DNA of 64,000 nucleotides from positions 62,760-126,759 of the forward strand of contig USHN01000003.1 of assembly GCA_900554515.1 (NCBI GenBank). The letters are read 5' to 3'. Of this stretch, positions 1 to 9,180 are shown one piece after another. This DNA comes from an uncultured Acidaminococcus sp. GTDB taxonomy: Bacteria; Bacillota; Negativicutes; Acidaminococcales; Acidaminococcaceae. How positions within the stretch are numbered: the first letter of the stretch is position 1; every line of letters begins with the position of its first letter. The translations under genes and the position numbers were made by a program. The notes under the pieces were generated by a model that was not told where the DNA came from, did not search any database, and was given only the letters and a program-made list of their open reading frames with translations.

Positions 1-597
1 GCCGCCGGTAGCAATAATCAGGTCAGCGCGTTTCATAATTTCTGCGCCCTGAGGAATGCTGGGTTTTTCAATGCCTTGGATAATATCCGCAGGAGCCCCT
101 TCCCGTACCAATACGTCACGGATCAGGTTAATGGTCTTATTGGTAACGTTTTTCGCTCTGGGGTGTGGGGAGAAAACGATGGTGTCACGGCATTTAATGG
201 CATACAGTACTTGCCCGGCAGGTGTCAGGCAGGGGTTCGTGGTAGGAACCAGGGAAGCAATAACGCCAGCCGGTTTACCATATTTTACCAAGCCTTTTTC
301 AGGAATTTCTTCCACAATGCCGATGCTCGGGTTGCGGAGACATTCTCTTAGAATCAATTTAATCTTATTCCGTTTGTTTCTCTTGGAAACAGCATCCCCC
401 AGACGGGTTTCTTCTACAGCTTCATCGCAGATAGGGCCCCATACTTTCATGTCCACTACAGCGGCGGCGACAGCCTGGCACAACCGGTTAACCCGGGCAG
501 TGTCATAGGTTGCGATGATCTTTTGCGCGGCTCTTGCCCGTGCAATTTTCTCTTCAGCAATCTTAATTTCTTCCGGCGTTGCTTGTCTTTCTGCCAT
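1..597 (-). CDS. CoA-acylating aldehyde dehydrogenase family protein (runs off the left edge)
   Basis: Translated by hand: MAERQATPEEIK...KPAGVIASLVPTTNP...FSPHPRAK...DLIIATGG, motifs typical of the acylating ALDH (AdhE-N/SucD/EutE) family. AGGAGAG RBS upstream. Not in the ORF track because it is truncated. Confidence 0.85.
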   Translation of the reverse strand, partial: MAERQATPEEIKIAEEKIARARAAQKIIATYDTARVNRLCQAVAAAVVDMKVWGPICDEAVEETRLGDAVSKRNKRNKIKLILRECLRNPSIGIVEEIPEKGLVKYGKPAGVIASLVPTTNPCLTPAGQVLYAIKCRDTIVFSPHPRAKNVTNKTINLIRDVLVREGAPADIIQGIEKPSIPQGAEIMKRADLIIATGG

Positions 598-719
598 TGT
601 AATCTCTCCTTTTCCTCTATCCAGCTTTTCTTTGGAAGGGCTTTTACCCTTTTTCTTTTGATAATCTTATTATACAGACAATTCTAAAATAAATCCAATA
701 CAAGTATCTTCTGAAAATT

Positions 720-734
720 ATAGATTTTTTCTAT
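720..734. promoter_or_regulatory. Putative LysR binding box (ATAG-N7-CTAT)
   Basis: ATAGATTTTTTCTAT is a T-N11-A dyad in the divergent region between the ALDH and LysR genes. Confidence 0.45.
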
Positions 735-803
735 CATTTCTGGCATAGCGGTATGATACCGCCATCCGTATGCTATAATAGAATTTATGAAGGAGGGAGT
801 TGT

Positions 804-1712
804 ATGACCCTTTTGCAACTGCTGTATTTTGAAACCCTTTCCCGGGTGCTCCATTATACCCGGGCGGCCCAAGAGCTCCATATCTCCCAGCCCAGCCTTT
901 CCGATGCCATGAAAAAACTGGAAAAAGAGCTGGGTGTTAAGCTGTTTACCCGCAAGGACCGGCGCATGGTACTGACGCCCTATGGGCAGCGCTTTTTGCC
1001 CTATGTGCACAAAGCCTTGCAGCTGCTGGAAAACGGACGCTCTGCCCTGGCGGAAATGTCCAATGAAGCAGAATTAATCGTGAACCTGGGATATTTTCAC
1101 TCCATTGCCTCCTCCTTTATCCCATCCATGATTGAAGCTTTCTATAAAGCCACCGGACAGCACAAAATTCACTTCCAATTTTTAGAAGATACCAGTTATG
1201 GCGTTCTCAGCAAAGTAAAGCAAGGAGAATTGGATGTGGGATTTTGTGCCCATCAGGATCCCCAGGTAGCCTCTGCCCTGGTAAGCAAGCAACCGCTATA
1301 CGTGGTGGTGCCTGTAGATCATCCCCTGGTAAAGAAAAAAGCGGTTACATTTAACGATTTTGCCCAAGAGCCGTTGATTGCGCTAAGCAAAGGTAGTAGC
1401 CTCCGCACCATGATGGACCAGGCCTTTGCCAAACGGGACATTATTCCCAAAATTATTTTTGAGGTCCAGGAGTGCAACGCTGCCCTGCAGTATGTGGAAT
1501 TAAATTTTGGCGTCAGCATTGTACCGGAAATGCCTACCCTGCGCACATCCCGGGTGGTAGCTCTGCCCATTGCGGAACATTCTGCGGAGTTTATCCGCAA
1601 TGTCTACCTGATCTGGGATCCTATGCGAATTTTGTCGCCTTCGGTAGCTTTGGTACGGGATTTTATCGTCCAGCATTACCAGGAAGATAAAAAGGAAGAG
1701 AGCGTATCATGA
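804..1712 (+). CDS. LysR-family transcriptional regulator
   Basis: N-terminal HTH (HYTRAAQELHISQPSLS...LEKELGVKLF) plus substrate-binding domain. ATG at 804 follows AGGAGGGAG. Confidence 0.95.
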   Translation: MTLLQLLYFETLSRVLHYTRAAQELHISQPSLSDAMKKLEKELGVKLFTRKDRRMVLTPYGQRFLPYVHKALQLLENGRSALAEMSNEAELIVNLGYFHSIASSFIPSMIEAFYKATGQHKIHFQFLEDTSYGVLSKVKQGELDVGFCAHQDPQVASALVSKQPLYVVVPVDHPLVKKKAVTFNDFAQEPLIALSKGSSLRTMMDQAFAKRDIIPKIIFEVQECNAALQYVELNFGVSIVPEMPTLRTSRVVALPIAEHSAEFIRNVYLIWDPMRILSPSVALVRDFIVQHYQEDKKEESVS

Positions 1713-2647
1713 CGCCGCTTTTTACTTTGGTTGCCGATGTACTGGCACCGCTTACCACAGGGTATATTCTCCGCCGCAGCGGAAAAATGAACCAACGGCA
1801 GTGCGATCTTCTCATGCTGGCCAACGTAATCGTATTGGTCACGGTCATGAACCTGAGCAGTTTCTGGCTATTACCACTGGACAGCCGGCTGCTACTTCTA
1901 CCGACACTCAGCGTGATTATGACCCTGGCGTCAGGATTACTGGCAATAAAATTTTTCACCCGCCGCTTAGCCAATCCGTTGGAACAGGGAGCATATATCA
2001 ACTGTGCCATGCTGGGAAATATCGGGACCTTAGCTGGCATCTGTGCCTTTATCCTTTATGGAGAAGTCAGTTTCGCTTATGTGCAGCTATTTGCCGTACT
2101 CCAAAATTTCCTGCTTGTGGTTTGCTGTTTTCCCCTGTCACAGATCTACCGGGACAGGTACCTGCAGGAAGGAAGTGCAGTGCCCATTCAGATTTCTATC
2201 CGCTCTTTACTGTTTACCAAAAAGCAGATCGGCGTCCTGGGTATGGCAGCCGGATTGCTGCTCCATTACCTGAATATACCCCGGCCGGATATTGTGACCC
2301 AAACTTTTCATTATATGGTCCACATCCAGGCCTGGATTTCTTTTACCCCCGTTGGCTATGTAATCAGTTTCCAAGGTGCCAGGGAGTATATCAAAAAAGT
2401 GCTGACACTGATTCCTTTGCGCATCTTGGTTACCATTGGCATTTTTCTTCTGGCTACTTGTTTTACCAACGATACGACGCTGCTTAAAACCTTGCTGCTA
2501 AGCGCCGCCGCACCCACTGCCATCAACGCCGTCATTGCCACCCGGCTATTTAAGCTCAATGTAGACCTTGCCGTCGCAGGGTTTATCCTTACGACATTGG
2601 TCTATGTATTACTCTTTTTCCCGCTGTTTGCCCTATTTATTAAATAA
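1709..2647 (+). CDS. AEC (auxin efflux carrier/malate permease-like) family transporter
   Basis: 312 aa, many hydrophobic segments, GNIG and APTAINA motifs. ATGA overlap with the LysR gene. Confidence 0.8.
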   Translation: MTPLFTLVADVLAPLTTGYILRRSGKMNQRQCDLLMLANVIVLVTVMNLSSFWLLPLDSRLLLLPTLSVIMTLASGLLAIKFFTRRLANPLEQGAYINCAMLGNIGTLAGICAFILYGEVSFAYVQLFAVLQNFLLVVCCFPLSQIYRDRYLQEGSAVPIQISIRSLLFTKKQIGVLGMAAGLLLHYLNIPRPDIVTQTFHYMVHIQAWISFTPVGYVISFQGAREYIKKVLTLIPLRILVTIGIFLLATCFTNDTTLLKTLLLSAAAPTAINAVIATRLFKLNVDLAVAGFILTTLVYVLLFFPLFALFIK

Positions 2648-2661
2648 CGCCTGTAACATAC

Positions 2662-2700
2662 AAGGACTGTTGTCTGGAGCGTATTCCCAGGCAACAGTCC
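2662..2700 (+). terminator. Probable intrinsic terminator hairpin
   Basis: GGACTGTTGTCTGG...CCAGGCAACAGTCC stem after the transporter gene. Confidence 0.55.
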
Positions 2701-2825
2701 GTTCCTTTACAGTTGTCTTTTGCTCGTAAAAAACCATAAATTTTTACGATTTTTTTATGGTTTATTTTTGAGTGTATTTTCCTGTTTATGATTTTTTCTT
2801 GGCATCATAGTCTAGTATAGATTCA

Positions 2826-3236
2826 TTAGACTGCTGCGGGGTCTGTCTTGACCCGCTTTTCCAATTCCCGTACGGCGCAGCGGATACAATCATCGCAGGA
2901 ACAAAGGATGGTATGGGTTTTTACGCCTTTTAACTCCCCGCAGAGGGTAGCTCCGCATTCCTTTTTAAAGGCCTGGAGCAAAGCATTCATTTCCCGGCTT
3001 GCCGGCTGCGGTCCCTTATATAAAAGTCCCAGCACAATGCAGGCTCCCGAAAGCGCACCGCAGGTTGCTTCCGTTCCGCCCATGCCCATTCCAAATCCTG
3101 CGCCCAGTGCCCGCAGTTCGCCCGTGCTTTTGTGCAGACAATCCTGAAAGGCTAGCAAAACCGATTGGGCGCAATTATTATGTGTGGCAGCATGATGCCA
3201 GGCAACGGCCCGTTCTTCCCGTGATATTGTTTCCAT
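2826..3236 (-). CDS. C_GCAxxG_C_C family putative redox protein
   Basis: NCAQSV, TCGALSGA, CGATLC and CSCDDC cysteine pattern. Confidence 0.85.
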   Translation of the reverse strand: METISREERAVAWHHAATHNNCAQSVLLAFQDCLHKSTGELRALGAGFGMGMGGTEATCGALSGACIVLGLLYKGPQPASREMNALLQAFKKECGATLCGELKGVKTHTILCSCDDCIRCAVRELEKRVKTDPAAV

Positions 3237-3264
3237 TACTGTGATCTCCCCCGCCTATAATTTG

Positions 3265-3708
3265 TTAAACTGTTTCTGCCGCAATTTCCCTGCGTGTATC
3301 TTCCACCACTTCAGCCATAGTGATTTGCTGCAGCGCCTCTTCCAAGGCGCGCTGCACTTTTGCTAATTTACCATCTACTGCTTTATGGATATTGCGCCCT
3401 ACCGGGCACTTTGCATTGGGTGCTTCATGAAAATGAAACAGCCCGGCCTCATGAATGGCGCCAACAGCTTTATAGATGTCAAAAAAAGTTATTTTATCCA
3501 GTGGCTTAGCCAGTGTAATGCCGCTTTTCCCTTGGCTGATAGCAATAATTCCTGCATCCTTCAGCATGCCCATAACATTTCGCACAATCACCGGATTGGC
3601 GCCCACGCTGCCTGCCAAAAAGTTGCTGGTTACCTTTTTTGTGTCCTTAAAATAATCAATTGCGGTGATAATATGCACCGCAATTGTAAATTTGCTGGTA
3701 ATCTGCAT
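3265..3708 (-). CDS. Rrf2-family transcriptional regulator (YwnA/SaiR/SifR-like)
   Basis: MQITSKFTIAVH...SVGANPVIVR...HEAPNAKCPVG. Single conserved Cys; no Fe-S triad. Confidence 0.9.
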   Translation of the reverse strand: MQITSKFTIAVHIITAIDYFKDTKKVTSNFLAGSVGANPVIVRNVMGMLKDAGIIAISQGKSGITLAKPLDKITFFDIYKAVGAIHEAGLFHFHEAPNAKCPVGRNIHKAVDGKLAKVQRALEEALQQITMAEVVEDTRREIAAETV

Positions 3709-3723
3709 GGTGTCTTCCTCCTG

Positions 3724-3746
3724 CCTGTAATATATCCTTTTACAGG
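3724..3746. promoter_or_regulatory. Rrf2 operator (TGTAA-N9-TTACA)
   Basis: CCTGTAA-TATATCCTT-TTACAGG inverted repeat directly upstream of the Rrf2 gene. Confidence 0.7.
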
Positions 3747-3781
3747 ATATCTGTCAATGCAGAGTACGGATAGACTTCCTA

Positions 3782-4414
3782 TTACGCTCTCACAACACTG
3801 ATTCTTTGCTGGAGATGATTGCCCTTTACCAATTCATCCACCATGGCAATGGCATAATCTGCATAGCTGATAATGCTCTCGCCCTTGCTGTTCAGCTGCA
3901 ATTCTTCCCCGGCAAGAATATACTTCCCAGTACGGGCACCGTCGCTTTGGAAATCCCCGGCAGGACTGATAAATGTCCATTGCACATCATTTCTCTTGCG
4001 AAGTTCCTCCAATTCTTTTCCCTGCGCTTTGGCAAGAGGCAGAAATTCTGCGGGAAATTCTGCTCCCTGATACACCTGCAAGGTATGTTCCGGATTCACA
4101 TATAGACTTCCAGCCCCTCCTACAATCAGAAGACGAATACGGGTCCCGGAAAGAATATCGCAAAGATGTTGGGATGTCTTAACATGCATCGGTAGCTCTT
4201 CTTCCTTCCAGGCACCAAATCCATCCACGACCGCATCAAATCCTGCAAGGTCTTCTTTTGTCAGGTCCATAATATCTTTCTGCACATAAGCAGAAGCTTC
4301 TGTTTTGTTTTCAGTGCTGCGCCCAAATGCCGTAACTTCCAGGCCACGCGCCAGCACTTCCTTAATCACTTTCTGTGCTACCCGTCCATTTGCCGCTACT
4401 ACTGCAATTTTCAT
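3782..4414 (-). CDS. NAD(P)H-binding oxidoreductase, YwnB/flavin-reductase-like
   Basis: MKIAVVAANGRVA Rossmann start; VGGAGSL, WTFISP and ISYADYAIA motifs. Confidence 0.88.
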   Translation of the reverse strand: MKIAVVAANGRVAQKVIKEVLARGLEVTAFGRSTENKTEASAYVQKDIMDLTKEDLAGFDAVVDGFGAWKEEELPMHVKTSQHLCDILSGTRIRLLIVGGAGSLYVNPEHTLQVYQGAEFPAEFLPLAKAQGKELEELRKRNDVQWTFISPAGDFQSDGARTGKYILAGEELQLNSKGESIISYADYAIAMVDELVKGNHLQQRISVVRA

Positions 4415-4444
4415 AATAAAACCCTCCTGATGATTTTTATTTTT

Positions 4445-4467
4445 CTTGTAAATTCTTTATTTACAAG
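4445..4467. promoter_or_regulatory. Rrf2 operator (TGTAA-N9-TTACA)
   Basis: Perfect inverted repeat CTTGTAAAT-N5-ATTTACAAG upstream of the ywnB-like gene. A degenerate second copy lies at about 4494-4512. Confidence 0.7.
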
Positions 4468-4590
4468 TTTATTTTAGTATTGTGTTTTTATCATGTCAAT
4501 ATTTTTATTACAAGTTTTATTTTTAAAACTTTCTAGAGATATGGCCTCGGGAGCGGTATAATATACCTAAAATTTCTTTCGGAGGCCATA

Positions 4591-4956
4591 ATGAAACTAA
4601 AAATCATAGAGGCAGAGCTGTCCGTGTGCAAAGTCAAAAATTATAGTGGAGTAAATTTTAATGCTCCATTTTGTTTTACCGCCAGAACCGACGAGGAAAA
4701 TTCCCTGGTATGTCAAACGGCAGACGTTCCTCCCAATACCCTGGAGCAGGATGATGGATGGAAAGCTTTTCGCATAGAAGGGATCTTGGATTTTTCCCTG
4801 ATTGGAATTTTGTCCAAAATTTCCGGAATACTAGCGGAGCACCAAATCGGCATTTTTGCCATCTCCACCTACAATACGGACTACATTTTAACTAAAAAAG
4901 AAAATTTTCAAAAAGCCGTGGACGTCCTTGCCGAAGCCGGGTACGAAGTGGGGTAA
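4591..4956 (+). CDS. ACT-domain protein (ACT_7/DUF2241-like)
   Basis: GILDFSLIGILSKIS...IFAISTYNTDYIL motif; GGAGG RBS. Confidence 0.85.
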   Translation: MKLKIIEAELSVCKVKNYSGVNFNAPFCFTARTDEENSLVCQTADVPPNTLEQDDGWKAFRIEGILDFSLIGILSKISGILAEHQIGIFAISTYNTDYILTKKENFQKAVDVLAEAGYEVG

Positions 4957-5001
4957 AAAATGCTATAATGACATAGAAATTATTTTTAGGAGGGAGAATC
5001 C

Positions 5002-6276
5002 ATGCGCGAAGAAACCAAATGCATCCAGGCTGGCTATACACCGAAAAACGGGGAACCCCGGATGATCCCCATTATCCAAAGCACCACCTTTAAATACGAC
5101 TCCTCAGAAGCAATGGGAAAACTGTTTGATTTGCAGGCGGAGGGCTATTTTTATACCCGTTTGCAAAATCCCACCAATGATTATGTCGCCAAAAAAATTG
5201 CAGCCCTGGAAGGAGGCTCTGCAGCCCTTCTCACGTCTTCCGGGCAAGCAGCTACTTTTTTTGCGGTATTTAATCTGGCCGGGCAGGGCGACCACGTGGT
5301 GGCATCATCTGCCATTTACGGCGGCAGCTTTAACTTATTTAATGTCACCATGCGGCGCATGGGTGTAGATTTCACCTTTGTGGAACCAGACTGCAGCGAC
5401 GAGGAATTAAACGCTGCGTTTAAGCCCAATACCAAAACTGTTTTTGGAGAGACTCTTGCCAATCCGGCACTGACCGTTTTTGATATTGAACGCTTTGCCA
5501 AAGCGGCCCATGCCCATGGCGTTCCCTTGATCGTGGACAACACTTTTGCCACCCCCATCAACTGCCGTCCTTTTGAATGGGGTGCGGATATCGTCACCCA
5601 CTCCACTACCAAATACATGGATGGACACGACGCTACCGTAGGCGGTGCCATTGTGGATTCCGGGAAATTTGACTGGATGGCCCACAAAGAAAAATTCCCC
5701 GGCCTGACCACCCCGGATGCCTCCTATCACGGCATTACCTATGTAGAACAATTTGGAAATGCAGGGGCCTACATTACCAAATGTGTGGCCCAGCTGATGC
5801 GGGATTTAGGCGCCATTCCTTCGCCCATGAACTGCTATCTGTTAAATTTAGGGCTGGAATCTTTGGCCGTACGGATGCAGCGGCACTGTGAAAATGCGCA
5901 GAAAGTGGCAGAACACCTTGCTAAGCATCCCAAGGTAACGTGGGTCAACTACCCCGGCCTCCCGGATAATCCCTATTACCAATTAGCTAAAAAATATATG
6001 CCCCACGGGACTTGTGGTGTTATCGCCTTCGGGGTCCAAGGCGGAAGAAAAGCTGCTGAGGAGTTTATGAAACATCTACAGGTTGCTATGATTGCCACCC
6101 ACGTGGCCGATGCCCATACCTGCGTATTGCATCCGGCCAGCTCCACCCACCGGCAATTAACGGACGAAGAACTGACGGCTGCCGGCGTCAAACCGGATCT
6201 GATCCGCCTATCCTGCGGCATCGAAAACGTAGAGGATATTATTGAGGACTTAGACCAAGCCCTGGCTAAGATTTAA
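5002..6276 (+). CDS. metY: O-acetylhomoserine aminocarboxypropyltransferase / sulfhydrylase
   Basis: Cys/Met PLP enzyme motifs YTRLQNPT, SSGQAA, DNTFATP, HSTTKY (PLP lysine), HPASSTH and IRLSCG. Extended -10 TGCTATAAT at 4961-4969. Confidence 0.9.
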   Translation: MREETKCIQAGYTPKNGEPRMIPIIQSTTFKYDSSEAMGKLFDLQAEGYFYTRLQNPTNDYVAKKIAALEGGSAALLTSSGQAATFFAVFNLAGQGDHVVASSAIYGGSFNLFNVTMRRMGVDFTFVEPDCSDEELNAAFKPNTKTVFGETLANPALTVFDIERFAKAAHAHGVPLIVDNTFATPINCRPFEWGADIVTHSTTKYMDGHDATVGGAIVDSGKFDWMAHKEKFPGLTTPDASYHGITYVEQFGNAGAYITKCVAQLMRDLGAIPSPMNCYLLNLGLESLAVRMQRHCENAQKVAEHLAKHPKVTWVNYPGLPDNPYYQLAKKYMPHGTCGVIAFGVQGGRKAAEEFMKHLQVAMIATHVADAHTCVLHPASSTHRQLTDEELTAAGVKPDLIRLSCGIENVEDIIEDLDQALAKI

Positions 6277-6295
6277 TACCAAATACCAGCCTGTG

Positions 6296-6344
6296 AAAGA
6301 GGGCAGAGAAGAAATGCTGCGCATTTCCTCCCTGCCCTCTTTTA
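6296..6344. terminator. Bidirectional intrinsic terminator
   Basis: AAAGAGGGCAG...CTGCCCTCTTTT between convergent genes. Confidence 0.75.
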
Positions 6345-6374
6345 TTGCATTTGTACTTTTTCTACTCGAACGTT

Positions 6375-7253
6375 TTAAAACCGATCTCGCAAGAGCTGCA
6401 AGGCAGCCTTCGCTTCTTTTGTAAACTGTCTCACCGGCGCTTCCAGGCTGACCCGCCCGGTATAGCCGATGGTTTTCAGGTTTGCAATAAAGCGGCTGTA
6501 GTCTTCCCCGTCATTTTCTGCGGGAAACGTACGCCACCACCCTCTGCGGGAAAGTTCATCTTCGAAAATCTGGCTGATGGCTTCAGGATCTTTTTTCCCA
6601 TTAATACACGGGATACTGGGATTGGAGAAATGGACATGTGCCAGGTATTCCCTGCCGTATTGCAGCAGAACATCCGGAGATTCTTTCTCACACATCATAT
6701 AATAATAATCTATCAGTACCTTCACGTTGCTACAATTCAATTGCCGGGCAAAATCTACCGACTCGTCAAAGGTATTGAGGATGTTGCTGTCAGGGCGCCG
6801 CATAGGTTCCAAAGCGATGGTAATGCCTAGCGGCAGTGTCAAAGCAGAAATTTTCCGGGTCACATCCAGCAGCTGGGCATAGGCTTTTTCGTACGGAAAT
6901 CCTTGGGGAACCCGTTTGGCACCGCCGCTGCCAAAGACAATCACCGCTATACCCAATGCCTGGGCTCTAGATAGTGCCGACTCTAGATAGCTTTCTATTT
7001 TTCCTGCATCCACTTCCGGCCCTGTCAGCCGCACCGAAGCGGGGAAGAAATTGTTGCAGGCCTCGCAGGCAATGCCGCTTTCCTTTACAATATCTTCCAA
7101 CCGGTGAAAGTCATCTCCACTAAGGGCCGTCATTTCTGCCAGCGGCAGCTCCACATAATCAAACCCCAGGGAAGCGATTTCCCCAATAAATCCCATCCCG
7201 GTTTTATCTGCTCCCGTGGCAATCAGATTGCCGCAGCACCCGAACCGCATCAT
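6375..7253 (-). CDS. Sugar phosphate isomerase/epimerase (xylose-isomerase-like TIM barrel)
   Basis: GFDYVEL, VFGSGGAK, ALEP, DYYYM, HVH and SLE metal-site pattern. Confidence 0.8.
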   Translation of the reverse strand: MMRFGCCGNLIATGADKTGMGFIGEIASLGFDYVELPLAEMTALSGDDFHRLEDIVKESGIACEACNNFFPASVRLTGPEVDAGKIESYLESALSRAQALGIAVIVFGSGGAKRVPQGFPYEKAYAQLLDVTRKISALTLPLGITIALEPMRRPDSNILNTFDESVDFARQLNCSNVKVLIDYYYMMCEKESPDVLLQYGREYLAHVHFSNPSIPCINGKKDPEAISQIFEDELSRRGWWRTFPAENDGEDYSRFIANLKTIGYTGRVSLEAPVRQFTKEAKAALQLLRDRF

Positions 7254-7320
7254 CCTCACCTTCTATCTTTTCCGTAAAAATTACCTCTCTACGCTACCTT
7301 GTATTCGATTTGTCTGGAAA

Positions 7321-9102
7321 TTACTCCCACAAATTTTTATTTTGATACCGGGCATCCAATGCCGTGCTAAACCATCTGCCATTGAGCACGGTCTGAATCA
7401 TTATCTTTTTAGCCTGGGTGTCAATGGACTTATCGGCATCCATTGCGTCCAGGATAGCTTTATAAGAAGTATGTTCTTTAGACATTTTTCCCCACGCATG
7501 GGTTGCATCTGCGTCCACAATCAGTTGCGTTGTCCCCTTCAGATCTTTCCATGGTGCCCACTGAGGAAGTTCTTTTCCATTTAAATCCTTACCGTTGGGA
7601 TTGCCGGACCACAGGAAGTTTTTATAGTAGCTGTTCAGCAGAGCAGACACGTTTTTACAACTAGGAGAAGCATATAAAGCCGGGTACTGCATTGCTGCAT
7701 TTGTAGGAATATGCGTCATAAGAGACGTGGTCATGCAGTGATAAGCCCCATAAATCGTAGCATATTCTTCCCCGCAAAGTTCTGGATCATCGCCCCAATG
7801 AATCAAGCAAGTGTAAATTGGCGCAGCATATTTGTCCAGCATACGAACTGCCGATTCTTCCCCGTTAAAATAACCGTACATTTGGCTGCCATATTTTTCT
7901 GCGAATTTATACTGGGGTAGCAGTGTCGCATCTGCCATTAACTGGCTGGGAGTAAGCGTATTGAAAGGCTTGCTGCCTTTGCAGAAAATGGAAAATTCAC
8001 GATCCCCATTGACCATCAGGATCGGTACCTGGTAATACGTTTTTGTGTCAAATCCCTCTTTGGGAAGAACGGTTCCATCCGCAAACAGATGAGGAAAAGC
8101 GCTCATCCGGATAGCTGCCCCACCAAAAGAAGTTGCCACTTCTTCATCAGTTAATCCGTATAGGAAATCCCGAACTGCTTTATTATCTGTTTCAAGCCAT
8201 TTCACTGCTGTCTCTTCATCGGGCTGCAATCCTTTTTGTACTACGAGGGGCGCTAAATGCCGTGCTTCTACATGGGCACTGGCAGTTGGATCTGCTGCAG
8301 TCATACCGCCACTAAAAGAGATAGCTTTTTGATATTTTCCGGCAAAAGAAGGAGCAATCAGCATCGCCATAACATCCCGGCCTCCTGCCGAAGAACCAGA
8401 GATTGTAATATTTTCTGGATTTCCGCCAAAAGCTTCAGCGTTTTCTTTTACCCATTCCAAGGCGGCCCGAATATCCAGCAGACCAAAGTTTCCGGAATTT
8501 TCTTCTGCTGTTCCATGTCGCAGCGCAGGCAGTGCATTAAAGCCTAACAGTCCCAACCTGTGATTGATGGAAACGATAACGGCATTGGTTTCTTTGGCCA
8601 GGGCAGCCGCCGGAAGAGCAGCACTTTTGCCCGTCTGGTTATTACCTCCATGAATATAAAATAAAACAGGCAGATTGGTTTCTGCAGTATCCGGACGGGT
8701 AATATCCAACGTCACGGCGCCGGCTTCACTGCCTAGCAAGGTCGGTTTCCCATTGACTTTACCAATTTGCGTGGCGCTTTTGCTTTCCGTGGCTTCCAAA
8801 ACGTCCTTCCAAGGATGTAAATTCTGTGGAGCCTTCCACCGTAGTGGCCCCACCGGGGCCAAAGCATAGGGCACACCATACCAATGGAGTGCTTCATCCT
8901 TTGTAAAGCCTTTCAAGGCACCATATTTTGTTTTAACGAGTACGCTCTGATTATATTTAGGAGATTGGTTAATTTCATAGATCGCACTAACAGAAGTGCC
9001 AGTACTGGCAGCATAAACCGGCAGAGCCCACCTGCCTGCCATCAGAAGGGAAAGTGCGCAAACAGCAGCCAGTAATCTGTTTTGTTGTTTTCTTTCGTTC
9101 AT
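7321..9102 (-). CDS. Exported type-B carboxylesterase/lipase
   Basis: Signal peptide; GVPYA..P.G.LRW, YIHGG, NHRLG, GNFGLLD and FGGNPENITISGSSAGG (nucleophile Ser). Confidence 0.9.
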   Translation of the reverse strand: MNERKQQNRLLAAVCALSLLMAGRWALPVYAASTGTSVSAIYEINQSPKYNQSVLVKTKYGALKGFTKDEALHWYGVPYALAPVGPLRWKAPQNLHPWKDVLEATESKSATQIGKVNGKPTLLGSEAGAVTLDITRPDTAETNLPVLFYIHGGNNQTGKSAALPAAALAKETNAVIVSINHRLGLLGFNALPALRHGTAEENSGNFGLLDIRAALEWVKENAEAFGGNPENITISGSSAGGRDVMAMLIAPSFAGKYQKAISFSGGMTAADPTASAHVEARHLAPLVVQKGLQPDEETAVKWLETDNKAVRDFLYGLTDEEVATSFGGAAIRMSAFPHLFADGTVLPKEGFDTKTYYQVPILMVNGDREFSIFCKGSKPFNTLTPSQLMADATLLPQYKFAEKYGSQMYGYFNGEESAVRMLDKYAAPIYTCLIHWGDDPELCGEEYATIYGAYHCMTTSLMTHIPTNAAMQYPALYASPSCKNVSALLNSYYKNFLWSGNPNGKDLNGKELPQWAPWKDLKGTTQLIVDADATHAWGKMSKEHTSYKAILDAMDADKSIDTQAKKIMIQTVLNGRWFSTALDARYQNKNLWE

Positions 9103-9136
9103 GACACATGACCTCCTTCGTACAAAAGATATGAAC

Positions 9137-9168
9137 AAAAAGGGGCTCCCGTGCTGAGAGCTCCTTTT
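9137..9168 (-). terminator. Intrinsic terminator after the HMG-CoA lyase-like gene
   Basis: AAAAAGGGGCTC...GAGCTCCTTTT hairpin flanked by A/T runs. Confidence 0.65.
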
Positions 9169-9180
9169 CCGTCGTACTAT

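Noticed and set aside
4957..5001. SAM riboswitch or T-box upstream of metY
   Set aside because: The intergenic gap is only 45 bp and holds just a -10 box and RBS.
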